Shown here: piece after piece, positions 62,777-64,000 of the stretch
Numbering within the stretch: the first letter of the stretch is position 1
How the letters are laid out: each line of letters opens with the position of its first letter
Origin: an uncultured Methanoregulaceae archaeon
GTDB lineage: Archaea; Halobacteriota; Methanomicrobia; Methanomicrobiales; Methanospirillaceae
Assembly (NCBI GenBank): GCA_963701095.1
Contig: OY969564.1
Location: 2,304,001 to 2,368,000, forward strand
Direction of reading: 5' to 3'
DNA length: 64,000 nucleotides
Translations under genes and position numbers: made by a program
The notes under the pieces: model-generated
The model's input: the letters and a program-made list of their open reading frames with translations, nothing else
What the model was told of the DNA's origin: nothing
Database searches by the model: none

Positions 62777-63526
62777 TTAAATTGACAGTGACCGGTGCAA
62801 CTCCCCTATCGTAATCATTGTCTTGTAGCCTTTGTCTGTAATGATGTAATCCCCCCGCTCATGGCGCTGGAGGATCATGCCGGATTCCGTCAGCTTCCTG
62901 ATATGGAAGAGGAGGTTACCTCCCTTCAGGCCGGTCAACTGGGAGATCTCCGAGAACGTCCTGGTCCCGGTTGCAAGCGCCTTTACGATCTGGAACCGCT
63001 GGGCGTTCGCCACAGGTTCAAGGAGATCTTTTACCACGGCTTCATCAGGTATTTCGGCAACCCCATCGGTAGTTTTGGTATCCTTCCGGTATATGCCGAG
63101 GGTCTGCATCAGGCTGACCTGTTTCTCGAACAGCTGGCCGACCTCGGTAAAACAGGTACCACACTGATCGTACGGACCTTTCTTCCTGAGCACCTTCATC
63201 CGGTCCCGGTACGATTGAATGAGTTCGTCAGAAACCTCGCCATCCCTTATATGCTGGGCGGAATTTTCTAAAAATTCCATAAATACCCCATAACAGGTCT
63301 TCCGCATAGCACAATCCTCCACCATATGGGCTGACAGATCGGTCTTCGCAGTACCAACCTGGTGATCAGCAAACAGCCCGGCATACTCCTTCTTTATATC
63401 TGCCAGTACCACATCCACGTGCTGCTGGTTTGCCCGTTCGATGAACCGCTTCAGGTCGGTCCTTAAGCCGGTGATCTCCGTCTTCAGTTCGCGGATCTCG
63501 GTCATTGTCCCTAACGCTGCTCCCAT
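62777..63526 (-). CDS. winged-helix (ArsR-like) regulator with Cys-containing N-terminal domain
   Basis: PVAN.QR.QI....TFSEISQLTGLKGGNLLFH..KL; Y.IT.KG. Confidence 0.85.
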   Translation of the reverse strand: MGAALGTMTEIRELKTEITGLRTDLKRFIERANQQHVDVVLADIKKEYAGLFADHQVGTAKTDLSAHMVEDCAMRKTCYGVFMEFLENSAQHIRDGEVSDELIQSYRDRMKVLRKKGPYDQCGTCFTEVGQLFEKQVSLMQTLGIYRKDTKTTDGVAEIPDEAVVKDLLEPVANAQRFQIVKALATGTRTFSEISQLTGLKGGNLLFHIRKLTESGMILQRHERGDYIITDKGYKTMITIGELHRSLSI

Positions 63527-63660
63527 GTTCCTAACCTTTTGTGTTGAATTGTTGTCCTTATGACTGTGCGGGTCATTTTTCTATACTGAAAATGTATTGT
63601 ATATTTTTATGACCCGTGTATATATATCTATGACCCAACAATGGTTAGCCGGTGAAAAAC

Positions 63661-63906
63661 ATGACCAAATCAGTGAAGGAACAAATCCATGCACAGATTA
63701 CCGGTGCACTTAAGGGAGCAAAATTCCCGGTCGCAACGCCAAAAGATCTAATTGCAGCATTCCCGGACGGCGCAAACACAACCTGCCAGGTGGGAGACCT
63801 GAAGATGACCGCCGGCGAGGCAGGAAAACTCCTGAAGGCCTCGGACTTCCCGTTTAAGAGTGCAAAGGCTGTGGCTGACGTCATTGTTGAGCGGGCAGGA
63901 CTGTAA
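63661..63906 (+). CDS. MTH865 family protein
   Basis: GA.FPV.TP..L.AAFP.GA.TTC..DFPFKSA. Confidence 0.85.
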   Translation: MTKSVKEQIHAQITGALKGAKFPVATPKDLIAAFPDGANTTCQVGDLKMTAGEAGKLLKASDFPFKSAKAVADVIVERAGL

Positions 63907-63941
63907 TTCTTCGGACATAGTTCATTACCGGTGAATGTACC

Positions 63942-64000
63942 ATGGCAAAACTAACTGCAGAGATGAAAGAAGCGTTTGGCAAGATGAAGATCTTCCCGGT
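63942..64000 (+). CDS. pyridoxamine 5'-phosphate oxidase-like protein, 5' fragment
   Basis: MAKLTAEMKEAFGKMKIFPV; only about 20 codons visible. Confidence 0.45.
   Translation, partial: MAKLTAEMKEAFGKMKIFP

Noticed and set aside
1..64000. CRISPR array or cas genes
   Set aside because: No regularly spaced direct repeats with unique spacers; the ~40-nt repeat copies are kilobases apart; the HNH protein lacks RuvC motifs and is far too small for Cas9

Overview
Archaeal chromosome segment, most consistent with a Methanomicrobiales methanogen (Methanoregula-like). This is inferred from the archaeal NAC, proteasome, RNase P and thermosome genes, the exosome-less proteasome superoperon, the intron-containing tRNA-Tyr and an MTH865-family gene. 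1-12.7 kb is core housekeeping: trmI-nac-PUA-DHH; nnr-moaC; rpl15e-rnp3-rnp2-psmA-SBDS-rpl37ae-rpoP-pcc1-pfdB; leuA; tRNA-Tyr and tRNA-Asp. The rest is largely accessory. Notable items: (1) two orphan contractile-tail tube genes; (2) a ~3.4-kb integrated mini-replicon made of a tyrosine integrase, a five-hairpin array, an HUH rolling-circle Rep and one membrane cargo gene; (3) an unannotated ~40-nt structured repeat present six times; (4) a triplicated HNH-HIT-repeat unit with different cargo between the copies; (5) an Mza-like MORC-Z1-PD(D/E)xK-AIPR defence cluster with dcm and vsr; (6) a capsid-less TerS/TerL pair whose TerL has a duplicated, degenerate nuclease domain; (7) a GNAT toxin-antitoxin pair and a dynamin-like GTPase. 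Many genes, including essential ones, carry 1-2 nt frameshifts that look like long-read consensus errors, mostly beside CCGG. All family assignments come from motif recognition by eye; no searches were run.
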